Below, one piece after another: positions 30,137-38,572 of a stretch of 57,880 nucleotides of DNA. Location: IMG/VR virus record IMGVR_UViG_3300049473_000108, positions 1 to 57,880 of that record; one strand, given 5' to 3'. Below the pieces are notes generated by a model, which worked only from the letters and a program-made list of their open reading frames with translations, searched no databases and was not told where the DNA came from. The number at the start of each line of letters is the position of its first letter. The stretch's first letter is position 1. Both the position numbers and the translations under genes were made by a program. The DNA comes from a virus. Taxonomy: Duplodnaviria; Caudoviricetes.

Positions 30137-30259
30137 TTATCCCTTGCTTTTGTATGGAACGCCTAAGGGTCCCTTGCCTTTGCCTCGCCCCAGCCCACGA
30201 CCTTTACCTTTACTGCGAATCTTGGAACCTGGGCAGGGTTTGTTAGTTCTCTTTGCCAT
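30137..30259 (-). CDS. Small Gly/Lys/Arg-rich protein (40 aa)
   Basis: Manual translation MAKRTNKPCPGSKIRSKGKGRGLGRGKGKGPLGVPYKSKG. Confidence 0.45.
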   Translation of the reverse strand: MAKRTNKPCPGSKIRSKGKGRGLGRGKGKGPLGVPYKSKG

Positions 30260-30488
30260 TATCCGAACCTCGGGTTGTGACAATCTTCGTCTCGGTCACA
30301 ATAGTTGTAATGTTCGCAATATCTAGTTTTATTGCTCGTTCCTTTTTGCCTTTTTATACTTAGCCCTTATGCCTATATTCTTTGTGCCGTGGTTATCCAT
30401 GACATAACTGCGCAGTCTCGGTGAATAATCTTCCCCATAGGTTTCCTTTCTCAATCTCTTAGCTTTAGTCCCCCTCATTGCTGCCTGA

Positions 30489-30833
30489 TCATGCCCTTCC
30501 CGGCATCATATGGACTTTGGGCAACACCAAACCGCTAACTAGCTGTTTATACTTGCGATAAAGGTCACCCCGGGGATCGAGAGTAAACATGAAAAAGGGC
30601 ACTGTGCTTTCCTTGACATCCAATAGAATTTCTACTGAATCCAAATAGTTCGTATTGTTATCCAGCTTATCCATGAGCAGATGCAGCTCCCCTTTCTGCC
30701 CTCGTTGGTATCTTATACGGCAAGCCTGGTTGAGCTGGAGGAAACGGGCCCCGTTGCTTTTGTACTGAGCCTCATCGGTCTCACCGATGAACTCGGCTCC
30801 CCCTATTACAACTTGGACGACCTTAACGCTCAT
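30489..30833 (-). CDS. Hypothetical protein (possible Sm-like fold)
   Basis: G.E.IG motif, L..ACRI, and YKQLVSGLVLP C-terminus. Confidence 0.55.
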   Translation of the reverse strand: MSVKVVQVVIGGAEFIGETDEAQYKSNGARFLQLNQACRIRYQRGQKGELHLLMDKLDNNTNYLDSVEILLDVKESTVPFFMFTLDPRGDLYRKYKQLVSGLVLPKVHMMPGRA

Positions 30834-31012
30834 TCTTTCTGACTTACTTTGCCTGCTATTGAAAAGAGTCTGCTGTCTTTATCCGATGGATTGCCTTCTT
30901 TGAGCCATTTGCTCAAATCTCTTATTATGATTTGCGCCAAAGAGGGGTCCACGATAATCCGAACCCAATCCGGGCCCTTTCCAGGTTGTAATAAATATTC
31001 TTGCGAACTCAC
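30830..31012 (-). CDS. Hypothetical protein
   Basis: 60-aa ORF coupled to both neighbours. Confidence 0.45.
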   Translation of the reverse strand: MSSQEYLLQPGKGPDWVRIIVDPSLAQIIIRDLSKWLKEGNPSDKDSRLFSIAGKVSQKE

Positions 31013-31383
31013 TCCCCGTCCTCATCCTCCTCGCAAGGCAACGTTGCGCGAGTCTTGCCATCTATTGCATGGAATAGTTCGACCATTTCCTGAGTAGCAT
31101 CAACGGTGAGGCTGTGTTTTTCTGCGGGGTAGAGATCAAGGAGTTTTTGGGCATCCATGCGGGCGTTTTGCCGGATTTTCCAAGTAATTAGTTGGTCTGA
31201 ATACTGGATTTGCCCTCGCTTGCTGTCATAGAACACCGATTGATGCGTGGCGCTGAGTTCTTCGAGGAGTTTTTGGGCAAGCAAGTCCTCATCAATCCCT
31301 TTTTTGGCAAGCCTTTCAATAGTTTCCTTCCTGACTTGCCTCAGGGCTGCTTGACCGGCAGTGTAATCCGATACTTCAGTCAC
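31009..31383 (-). CDS. Putative terminase small subunit
   Basis: Helical 124 aa with L..KL.EEL.A, W.IRQ.AR.DA.KLLDLYPAEKH; first gene of the late block. Confidence 0.55.
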   Translation of the reverse strand: MTEVSDYTAGQAALRQVRKETIERLAKKGIDEDLLAQKLLEELSATHQSVFYDSKRGQIQYSDQLITWKIRQNARMDAQKLLDLYPAEKHSLTVDATQEMVELFHAIDGKTRATLPCEEDEDGE

Positions 31384-31506
31384 GTCATAAGCTCTACTTT
31401 AGCTAAAGAAGTTTATCGAATCGCTGAAATAACCCTACAGTAGGGCGATTCCATTTGTCAAGTCAGGTAGATATATGAAAAAGGTAGGAAAATAGGGGGA
31501 AAATGC

Positions 31507-31539
31507 TATGAAAATTATATGAATCTTATATGAAAATTA
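31507..31539. repeat. Three tandem 11-bp repeats (TATGAA.. TTA)
   Basis: tatgaaaatta tatgaatctta tatgaaaatta. Confidence 0.8.
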
Positions 31540-31731
31540 ACGGTGCTTTCTTTTCTTCTCCTTGCTAAAGATCTCAAGCCATCTCAGAAACTCATCCCTG
31601 ATCATATAAACCCCTCCACCAGGTCCTTTTATCACTGGCATCCCTAATCTGGCATACTTTCTTGCGGTATCCACGCAGACCTGCGCTAACTCTGCGATGC
31701 GTTTCCATCCTCGGACTATAGGTTCATCCAC
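31537..31731 (-). CDS. Excisionase/MerR-like HTH DNA-binding protein
   Basis: GWKRIAELAQVCVDTARKYARLGMPV...EFLRWL pattern. Confidence 0.7.
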   Translation of the reverse strand: MDEPIVRGWKRIAELAQVCVDTARKYARLGMPVIKGPGGGVYMIRDEFLRWLEIFSKEKKRKHR

Positions 31732-31882
31732 TTGTTATGCCTGATACTCCAGCTTTCCATGTTTTCTATCCGGCTTTCTCGCCTGCGCTTGCGTCAAGCA
31801 TATTAAGACTGTATCTGACAGCCTCAATTTCTTTTAGTTCATGCTCCGCAATCTTTATCAGCTCGGTGAGTTGATGCATTTT

Positions 31883-32914
31883 CTAAGGACTCCTACCCTT
31901 CGGGACTTCTTTCCCAAACCTCTTATCCAATATCCCGTGTATCTCCGCCATCCTCCTTTTATGCTTCTCCATCTGCTCAGGACTGACGGAAGGCAGATGC
32001 TTCTCTGCCAATTCAATCCCCGCTTCGAGCTCTGGCTTTCTCGCTTGGGCTTCTGCCAGCCATCTGTTGATATGCTTCAGGATGCCGCTCTGCGTTTTCC
32101 TTTTCCCGGGGTTGTCGATATTCCACTGGATGCATTTCAGTAGCTCCTCCCCTACGTTTATGCGACGGTAGGTCTTTTTATATTCGGATAGCTTTTCCTC
32201 GGTAAGTTCAAATTGCTTTCCGTTCTCTAATAGGAAAAAGAATTTCATATTTTCTTTTTCTTTATATATTTCTTTTTCTTTTAAGGAATCAGGAATCAGA
32301 GAATCAGGGCGTCTAACTGCACTTGTTTTAAGCCGACTTTGGTTTAACGTTGAGCCGAGTTCGGCTGAAGCTTGAGCCGAACTTAACCTATTATTCTTGA
32401 CCGAATTGCAAGACCGGCATAAAACTTGAAGATTAGTCGGATCATTTGTGCCACCTAGCGATCCTGGTATAATATGGTCGATTGTCAAATCTTCAGTCTT
32501 CCCACAGTAAGTACATTTCCTCCCATCCCTTTCAAAAATTTCCTCTCTCTCCTTTTCGGTTAAACGCTGTGCGGTCAAGTAATCCTTTATTCCCGGTGGT
32601 GGCGGAATTACACTGGGAGCCTCTTTGTAGTGTGGTTTCTGATGCTTTACAAAATTGGGCACATATCCGTAATCCTTACCATTTACGGAATATTTGCCTA
32701 TTAATTCCTTGGTAACTAGCTGATTGAGTAACTCATTTATATCACAGTTGTCGTACGGTAAAACTTCCGCTTTAATCTTCAATGGCCTCCATTCAAATCT
32801 TCCTTCTCGGTCAGCGTAACACCATAATCCAGCAAAAAGTAACCTAGCCAAAAGGTCACATTGTGCAACATCCTCATTATGAAAAAATCCCGGCTTAAGA
32901 TTGCGGGCTCTCAT
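31883..32914 (-). CDS. Phage replication initiator with in-frame HNH domain (likely start MRARNLK)
   Basis: RARNLKPGFF..ARLLFAGLWCYADREGR N-terminus; RDGRKCTYCG..DHIIP..GG....NLQVLCRSCN HNH; DnaD/DnaT-like C-terminus. Confidence 0.8.
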   Translation of the reverse strand: MRARNLKPGFFHNEDVAQCDLLARLLFAGLWCYADREGRFEWRPLKIKAEVLPYDNCDINELLNQLVTKELIGKYSVNGKDYGYVPNFVKHQKPHYKEAPSVIPPPPGIKDYLTAQRLTEKEREEIFERDGRKCTYCGKTEDLTIDHIIPGSLGGTNDPTNLQVLCRSCNSVKNNRLSSAQASAELGSTLNQSRLKTSAVRRPDSLIPDSLKEKEIYKEKENMKFFFLLENGKQFELTEEKLSEYKKTYRRINVGEELLKCIQWNIDNPGKRKTQSGILKHINRWLAEAQARKPELEAGIELAEKHLPSVSPEQMEKHKRRMAEIHGILDKRFGKEVPKGRSP

Positions 32915-33203
32915 TCTTCTTCTTAACCGTCTCTTTTTCGTCTCTGACTTCAACTATCCCTTCAGGCTTGCAAAGGTACATTTTGTCAGCATAATGAATT
33001 ACCGGCGCAGTTTGCCAGGGCTTATGCATAATGCCCATACCCATTCCTTCCGGGTATTGTTCGCAGACATTGTGCTGAGGGAACTCAATGCCTATAAATT
33101 CATTCTCAGAATTTGGGGCCACTTTTATACTATATGATGGTTTTATCTCTAGTTCAATCGTGACTTCGTGGATTCCGCAACTCGTTCTAAATGTTTGCTT
33201 CAT
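32895..33203 (-). CDS. Hypothetical protein
   Basis: 102 aa; ATGA overlap with the RAMP gene. Confidence 0.5.
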   Translation of the reverse strand: MKQTFRTSCGIHEVTIELEIKPSYSIKVAPNSENEFIGIEFPQHNVCEQYPEGMGMGIMHKPWQTAPVIHYADKMYLCKPEGIVEVRDEKETVKKKNESPQS

Positions 33204-33736
33204 GACAAAGTACTTTCTTTAAAAGTTGTAACCTCAAATCTTCCTCTTCCCCAATTTCTTCGCCCACCTATGCCAGAAAATTGGCCCCCTGTTTTTAGTG
33301 CTTCTACTATAGCAGCAGAAGGTACTATATCTGGAAATTGTAGGTCAAATTCCGCTCCCCATTTTGTTGAGATTCGCGCGTACCAATTTAACCTCACTTT
33401 ATTCCTTTCAACATTGGTTCGCTCTTTCACCAACTTTACATTTTTATCAGACATTTCTGGCTTAAAAATAACGAACTCCCATATTTGAACAGATGAATTG
33501 ACATAATCAATTAGCCTCTGCATGGATGTTTCGAGTTTAATCTTTGCAAGCCTTATACCTGAAATGATGCAACCTTTAATTTGTATGCCAGGAAAGCATA
33601 AAGCTCCATCCTGAAAATGTACAGTTTTCATGGCATATTCTTTCTCAGCCTTGTCGCCTTTTCCCGGCTTTTCCTCCAAATATCTGTTGAAATAATAAGG
33701 ACTGAGACCACCTATTTCTAAGTGTATGTTCTGCAT
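33200..33736 (-). CDS. Solo Cas7/Csm3-like RAMP-superfamily protein (178 aa)
   Basis: IHLEIGGLSP first strand, FPGIQIKGCI (cf. IPGSSLKG), C-terminal Gly-rich loop GIGGRRNWGRGRFEV; GGAGG RBS. Confidence 0.75.
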   Translation of the reverse strand: MQNIHLEIGGLSPYYFNRYLEEKPGKGDKAEKEYAMKTVHFQDGALCFPGIQIKGCIISGIRLAKIKLETSMQRLIDYVNSSVQIWEFVIFKPEMSDKNVKLVKERTNVERNKVRLNWYARISTKWGAEFDLQFPDIVPSAAIVEALKTGGQFSGIGGRRNWGRGRFEVTTFKESTLS

Positions 33737-33747
33737 GGTGAGCCTCC

Positions 33748-33807
33748 TGGTTTAGCTTAGGTTAAATCAACATAAAAAAACCCGTCCCATGTGAAACTAA
33801 CGCAAGT
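33748..33807 (-). repeat. Period-5 pentamer block B (12 units), candidate guide-RNA element
   Basis: Minus strand: acttg cgtta gtttc acatg ggacg ggttt tttta tgttg attta accta agcta aacca; position 4 is a pyrimidine in 12/12 and positions 3-4 are YT in 9/12. Confidence 0.7.
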
Positions 33808-33833
33808 CATATTTCTAAGTATATGCTTTGCAT
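33807..33833 (-). repeat. Duplicate of the first 8 codons of the RAMP gene (MQSIYLEI*) with its own GGAGG
   Basis: ATGCAAAGCATATACTTAGAAATA vs ATGCAGAACATACACTTAGAAATA, 21/24 identical. Confidence 0.85.
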
Positions 33834-33850
33834 GGCGACTTCTCCTCCCT

Positions 33851-33905
33851 TAAAATAGGTTAATTTAGGTTAGCAGAGCGCAACTGAAATAAATTCAAGT
33901 GAAGT
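33851..33905 (-). repeat. Period-5 pentamer block A (11 units), candidate guide-RNA element
   Basis: Minus strand: acttc acttg aattt atttc agttg cgctc tgcta accta aatta accta tttta; YT at positions 3-4 in 11/11. Confidence 0.8.
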
Positions 33906-34204
33906 TATTTTTCTGAAAGCAACCCTTGTTTCTTAAGCATCTTTTTCAACTCTTCCCTGTCCTCCGCAATAGACCTACTAATCGCAAAGTCAATCATCTT
34001 ATGCTGACCACTAGTTGCTAAATATTTGTGATACTCCTTAACTGACATTTCTCTGATTCTAAGCCCATCCGTGCCAAAATCCTTTTCCCCTTTCAAGACT
34101 TTATTCAGATCCTGGAGACTTATTTCGGCATTTTCTTTTAATGTATCTTCATACATAACTTCAACCTTTCCCTCGATGTTCGGAATTTTTGTCTTCCATT
34201 GCAT
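33905..34204 (-). CDS. Hypothetical protein directly upstream of the pentamer blocks
   Basis: 99-aa charged ORF whose stop abuts block A. Confidence 0.6.
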   Translation of the reverse strand: MQWKTKIPNIEGKVEVMYEDTLKENAEISLQDLNKVLKGEKDFGTDGLRIREMSVKEYHKYLATSGQHKMIDFAISRSIAEDREELKKMLKKQGLLSEK

Positions 34205-34314
34205 ATTCGCAATTTAGACATGGACTGGGCACTTCACGAATGCTCCCACCAGTAACATGCAAAAAATCCCGCTGCGAAGCATATCAGGCCAACTACGATA
34301 TATGCCCACATTGC

Positions 34315-34947
34315 TTATAACGGCCTATATTTCTGGATTTTCACTACTCTGCCCGCTTTATCCACAAGGAAACCATATTTTTGGCTAAAATCGAACAGGG
34401 CTTTGGTTAATCTTACATCGTGAAGATTGTATTGAAGTAACTCGTCGTATCGTTTTTCCTGATATAACAAAGGTGCCTTCGCTCCATGCCCAATCTTCCC
34501 CATGCCCAAGGTCCCCTCCGCAAGTCCATCAAGTCCGAAAGAACCATCGTGGATTTCTTTTGCCCCGAGTTTTAACTCTGCTTCCGCCACAGTATGGCAC
34601 GCAAACCGACTTTTGACGTATTCCAAAAGCAAATCGTAATTGTACCAGCCTATAGGGAATGCTGTCGAGGATACTACTGCACCACTGGCATAGCCAAGTC
34701 CTCTCTCGTTACCGAGTATTACTCTGCTATCAAACTTAATCCCGTTGAATGTTATCGCGATTTGATTGAGGAGAAGCGATATAAGCTCTTGCCGTCCTTT
34801 CTCGTGCAGAAAGAGGAAATATTGGTTTCTGTTATAGAAGTAGGCTACGCCGGAAGCGAAACCCATTCCTTGCGGATTGTCCCATCCGCCTTGGACATCA
34901 TCAGGTGAAATAGCTACTTCCACATCGTAAACGATTAATTCTTTCAC
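34315..34947 (-). CDS. DEDD 3'-5' exonuclease (RNase H-like, YprB-type)
   Basis: VYDVEV (ExoI), TFNGIKFD (ExoII), YNLHDVRLT (ExoIII). Confidence 0.85.
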   Translation of the reverse strand: MKELIVYDVEVAISPDDVQGGWDNPQGMGFASGVAYFYNRNQYFLFLHEKGRQELISLLLNQIAITFNGIKFDSRVILGNERGLGYASGAVVSSTAFPIGWYNYDLLLEYVKSRFACHTVAEAELKLGAKEIHDGSFGLDGLAEGTLGMGKIGHGAKAPLLYQEKRYDELLQYNLHDVRLTKALFDFSQKYGFLVDKAGRVVKIQKYRPL

Positions 34948-35078
34948 GGTTCACCTATATGCAGCCATCTTTTAAAGAGGGCGGACTCGGCTGTGTTAAG
35001 CCCGCCCTCTCCGAGGAGGTAGGAATGAAGGGAAAGGAGTGAAAGCCTTCATTCCCCCGCGTTACAGTCGCGGCCCTG

Positions 35079-35897
35079 TTATTGCTCTGCAATTTCCTTT
35101 ATCCTCAGATTCCCTGGCACCGAAGGCGGTTCATTCTCAGGTTCAACTTGTGCCTCAGGGGGTGAAACAACCACAAATGACGAGAATACTTTGTTGGAAA
35201 GGCCACTTTCCAGGCCTTCAGTATCATACGCGGTCACAGCATAGTAAAAAATGCCCGGAGTTAAACCGGTTACCAACAGTTCAGTCACATTTTTTACGTC
35301 GACTGCTTCAGCATCGCTCAGGTCTTTGTTATTTCCGTAATAGACTTTATATCCTGCTAAGTCTGACTCTGTATTCGCATCCCAGGCTAAAGTGATGCTG
35401 ACTGTTTCTACATCATCCTCAAGTATATCGATGAAGTCGATGCGTGCATATTCCCCTTGGTCTGCCTTACCGATGATGCTTATTACATCTCCCTGTTTGA
35501 GAGCTATGCCAGTTAAATCCTTCACGGTATAGCTTGACGTATCTGTAGCATCGGCCAAGTCCTCATTTAGAGCCCACATTGAGATAAGAGTTTCGCCGAT
35601 AAACAACGATAGCATTCCGGCGCCGTCTGATTCATCAACATAACCTATTCTAAAGCGATACCTACCGTCAGCTCCCTCAAATGTATAAGTAGCTGTGCCT
35701 GTCCCGTCAGTTGTAGAGACGCGGATTACTTTACCACCCGAGAACCAACTGTGCCCGGTAACATCGACTTTATAGCCACCTAGAGTCATATTTTCTGCCT
35801 CGACTCTGACCTCAGCCATGGCAAATCCTTGGGGAAGAAACATAACAAGAATTGCCGAGATGATGATTAATAGTTTTTTCATAACTCTTTCCTCCAT
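35079..35897 (-). CDS. Secreted protein with CBM6/35-like and fibronectin type III domains
   Basis: Signal peptide ending AMA; VRVEAENM..ARIDFIDI; TLAWDANTESDLAGYKVYYG...YYAVTAYD..GLES. Confidence 0.8.
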   Translation of the reverse strand: MEERVMKKLLIIISAILVMFLPQGFAMAEVRVEAENMTLGGYKVDVTGHSWFSGGKVIRVSTTDGTGTATYTFEGADGRYRFRIGYVDESDGAGMLSLFIGETLISMWALNEDLADATDTSSYTVKDLTGIALKQGDVISIIGKADQGEYARIDFIDILEDDVETVSITLAWDANTESDLAGYKVYYGNNKDLSDAEAVDVKNVTELLVTGLTPGIFYYAVTAYDTEGLESGLSNKVFSSFVVVSPPEAQVEPENEPPSVPGNLRIKEIAEQ

Positions 35898-37636
35898 TAT
35901 TTTATTTCCTTTATCCTCAAATTCTTAGGATTAGAAATCGGTTGTGGCTCTACAATTGGCACCAGCGAAGATACCTCATCATTGAAATCCGATTCCAGAC
36001 CATCTGCATCATAAGCAGTGATGTTCCAGTAATAAGGGCCTCCCGCTGATACATCTGGGAGGATATACTGTGGCTTGTTTGGGTCAGCTAATTCTTCAAC
36101 CAGGATTTGAGCTATGGGCTCACCCTTGGTATATCCCCCCGATTCCAGCGATTGATAGAGCCTGTAGCCGGCTAAATTATCGTCAGGATCGGTTGATGCA
36201 TCCCATTCAAATGTCACACTATATTTCTTTTCCTGCTCTTCCGGCGCTACATAAGGAGGAGGCACAGGATATTCTCCAGCGGCTATGTCTTCTCTCCACG
36301 TCTCAGGCAAGGTGATTTGAAAAATGTCTATTTCGCAGCCCTCATCATTTCCATAACTGCATCCCCATCCACTGGAAAAATACAGCCTTTTTCCATCCCT
36401 TGTTATCTTGCCAAATGGATCATCAACCCCATCAGTCCTTTGGCCTAGAGTATGAGTATGACAAACTCTCCATACTTTTGGAGGAGGATCAGTTCTTGTG
36501 GTGAGCTCCACCAAGTCAATCTCGTGCTGTCCCCATTGAAATGGAACTTCAGGCCAGCGTGGATGATAGCAAGAGTAGACTCCCCATCCAGGGGTAAGAT
36601 GGCAGTTGCCGGAAGCGTGATAACCAGCGTTAGGCTTTTCAACCAGATAGGTGAGTTCCCCTGTTTCCAGGTCCTCCATCGCATACCAGTATTTGCCATC
36701 CTTTATGCTGTATCCGAATATAACTTCCCTCCCTTCGGCGCTAATAGCCATGTCCGCATGGCCCCATTCCAGATTCATATCCCGCAGCATGTTAAGATTG
36801 CGGTCATAAAGCCTATGAGCATCGCCGGTCCAGACATATTTTCCGCTCGGAGACATAGAACAGAATCCGGGATGTCTCCAGCCGGGCTGATCCCATCGTA
36901 ATGTGGCTATTGTCTTTCCGTTATCCTTGCCATAATGATCCTTGTCGTAGACCAATATCCCTGGCCTGGGCCATCTGGTGCCAAGCGTTCTGGCTTCGTC
37001 ATAGGCTACTATCGACCACACCCAATATCTGCTATTGTCAGATGAGTCGCCTTCCTCCCAGAACTCTACAGATTGTACATTCCACTCGCTCCAGTGTGCG
37101 TCTATATCTTCCTGGAAGTTATGGAGCATAGTCATCTGACCATCTTTAAGTGTGCCGTCCTCCTTGAATTCCAAGATGTATTTGTAGAAAGCTTTAGTGC
37201 CATAGCTCATCGTGAAGTAGCAAACATGAGGATCTTGGTAATCCCATCTCACGTCCAATCTTCTTTTCCACTCTACCCATTTAGTCGGTATGCAACCGAG
37301 TTTCTTATAGGGAGGAACTGCCTGCCAGAAGCACCAGCCTGAGTCGTAGCTACCTTGGACAGTAATAATGGTGCCGTCCGCATTCTCGCAGCTATGCTTA
37401 GGGTAGCCAGAATAAAACCATTTTTTGCCTTCGCAGTTATCGAGGACGGAATCAGTTATCCTGACTATCTGAGAATGGAAAATGGGATCAGTATAGATTT
37501 CACCCTTGGCTGGTTTTGAGACGGCGGGGATAGGATAGAAGTTTAGGTCGTCTATGACATAATCGAAAGCGAAAGCCCAAGAGCTAATTACAATGGCTAG
37601 CCCCGCAAGTGCTAGCAGGATCATGGACCTTTTCAT
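35897..37636 (-). CDS. Secreted beta-propeller-like protein with C-terminal Fn3 domain
   Basis: Signal peptide ending AFA; YTDPIF...IVRITD, SPSGKY, TRDGKRLYFSS; FEWDAS..LAGYRLY..YYWNITAYD. Confidence 0.75.
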   Translation of the reverse strand: MKRSMILLALAGLAIVISSWAFAFDYVIDDLNFYPIPAVSKPAKGEIYTDPIFHSQIVRITDSVLDNCEGKKWFYSGYPKHSCENADGTIITVQGSYDSGWCFWQAVPPYKKLGCIPTKWVEWKRRLDVRWDYQDPHVCYFTMSYGTKAFYKYILEFKEDGTLKDGQMTMLHNFQEDIDAHWSEWNVQSVEFWEEGDSSDNSRYWVWSIVAYDEARTLGTRWPRPGILVYDKDHYGKDNGKTIATLRWDQPGWRHPGFCSMSPSGKYVWTGDAHRLYDRNLNMLRDMNLEWGHADMAISAEGREVIFGYSIKDGKYWYAMEDLETGELTYLVEKPNAGYHASGNCHLTPGWGVYSCYHPRWPEVPFQWGQHEIDLVELTTRTDPPPKVWRVCHTHTLGQRTDGVDDPFGKITRDGKRLYFSSGWGCSYGNDEGCEIDIFQITLPETWREDIAAGEYPVPPPYVAPEEQEKKYSVTFEWDASTDPDDNLAGYRLYQSLESGGYTKGEPIAQILVEELADPNKPQYILPDVSAGGPYYWNITAYDADGLESDFNDEVSSLVPIVEPQPISNPKNLRIKEIK

Positions 37637-37874
37637 ATTTTTTTCCTTTCCTTTGATTTACTCCTTTAATCATCTCTGCGATAACGCGGTCTACTGCGCT
37701 TTGGTCCAGCTTTATTTCTGATTGGGGACTCCTCGCGTCCAAAGTCAAATACCAAAGGCCGGACCAGAGCATGAGAGCCTGGAGATCCGCATCTTCGTCT
37801 CGTTGAAGCGCTTTCGTATGTTCATCACTAGATGCGCCAGAAACCTTGCTTTATGCTTTAGTGAATCTATACAC

Positions 37875-37925
37875 TTATGGAGTCCACACCTTTATCTCTA
37901 GTATCGGCTTGTTGTCATCACGGCA
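37875..37925 (-). pseudogene. Orphan duplicate 3' end of the resolvase gene (CRDDNKPILEIKVWTP*)
   Basis: Matches CRDDQKPILKIAVWKP* at 38560-38610, on the other side of the HNH gene. Confidence 0.8.
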
Positions 37926-37930
37926 TCACA

Positions 37931-38572
37931 TCAAAATGCCAAAGATGGTTGAAATGCTCTGCTCAATTTGTTGCTCTTATGTCTATTTTCTGATTTCCAA
38001 AGTGGTTGTAAATTTGAAAGTGACCAGCATTTTCTGAAATCTAAATCAGAGGTTGACTTGTAATTAAAAGCAGAGATCGGAACAATATGATCAAGCTCCC
38101 ATTTGCCATAATTGCTCCATGTCATTCCAAGTTTAAAATGTTTTTCTAGATGTTTCTTTAAATCTTGTAAACTATATCCCAATAGATCAAAATACTTTGA
38201 CTTGCCTTTACTGTTTGCGAGCGTTTCATGCATTCTTCTACTTATGCAGACGCTCAACCTGAACATTGAATCGTTGCTTCTTCTTTTTTTATTGTAAGCT
38301 TTAAGGTATTCATTGACCTTTTTTCTATATTTTCTCTTTGATTCACGTTCTATTTCTCTAACTCTCTCAAGATTGTCCGATCTGTAGCGCTTTTTAGCTT
38401 CTTTGATCTTCTTAGCATTGATCTGCTTATAAGTTTCATAATAAAGTTTCATGCAGGCTTTACACCAACACTGATATACAACTTTTCCACTTTTCCTCTT
38501 TCCTTTTTTAGAAAAGCAGTTAAGAGATTTTAGCTTTTGGCACTTTGAGCACTTTTTCGTCAAGGCTTCCAT
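37931..38572 (-). CDS. HNH homing endonuclease (likely start MEALTKKC)
   Basis: N-terminal CxxC..CxxC; HLEKHF..GMTWSNYG.WELDHIVP..CW...NLQPLW..EN..KSN. Confidence 0.88.
   Translation of the reverse strand: MEALTKKCSKCQKLKSLNCFSKKGKRKSGKVVYQCWCKACMKLYYETYKQINAKKIKEAKKRYRSDNLERVREIERESKRKYRKKVNEYLKAYNKKRRSNDSMFRLSVCISRRMHETLANSKGKSKYFDLLGYSLQDLKKHLEKHFKLGMTWSNYGKWELDHIVPISAFNYKSTSDLDFRKCWSLSNLQPLWKSENRHKSNKLSRAFQPSLAF

Noticed and set aside
30170-30215. Low-complexity ccttgc/ccttta repeats
   Set aside because: Period 6, explained by GK/GR codons of the small basic ORF at 30137-30259.
1258-30326. Numerous plus-strand ORFs overlapping the structural genes
   Set aside because: They are antisense shadows of long minus-strand genes with no RBS or recognisable motifs.
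33748-33905. Canonical CRISPR array next to the Cas7-like gene
   Set aside because: There are no 25-45 bp identical repeats with spacers; the signal is 5-nt periodicity, reported separately.
34205-34245. Possible third pentamer block upstream of the 99-aa gene
   Set aside because: Only two or three units fit the YT pattern, and the region overlaps a plausible 25-aa hydrophobic ORF.
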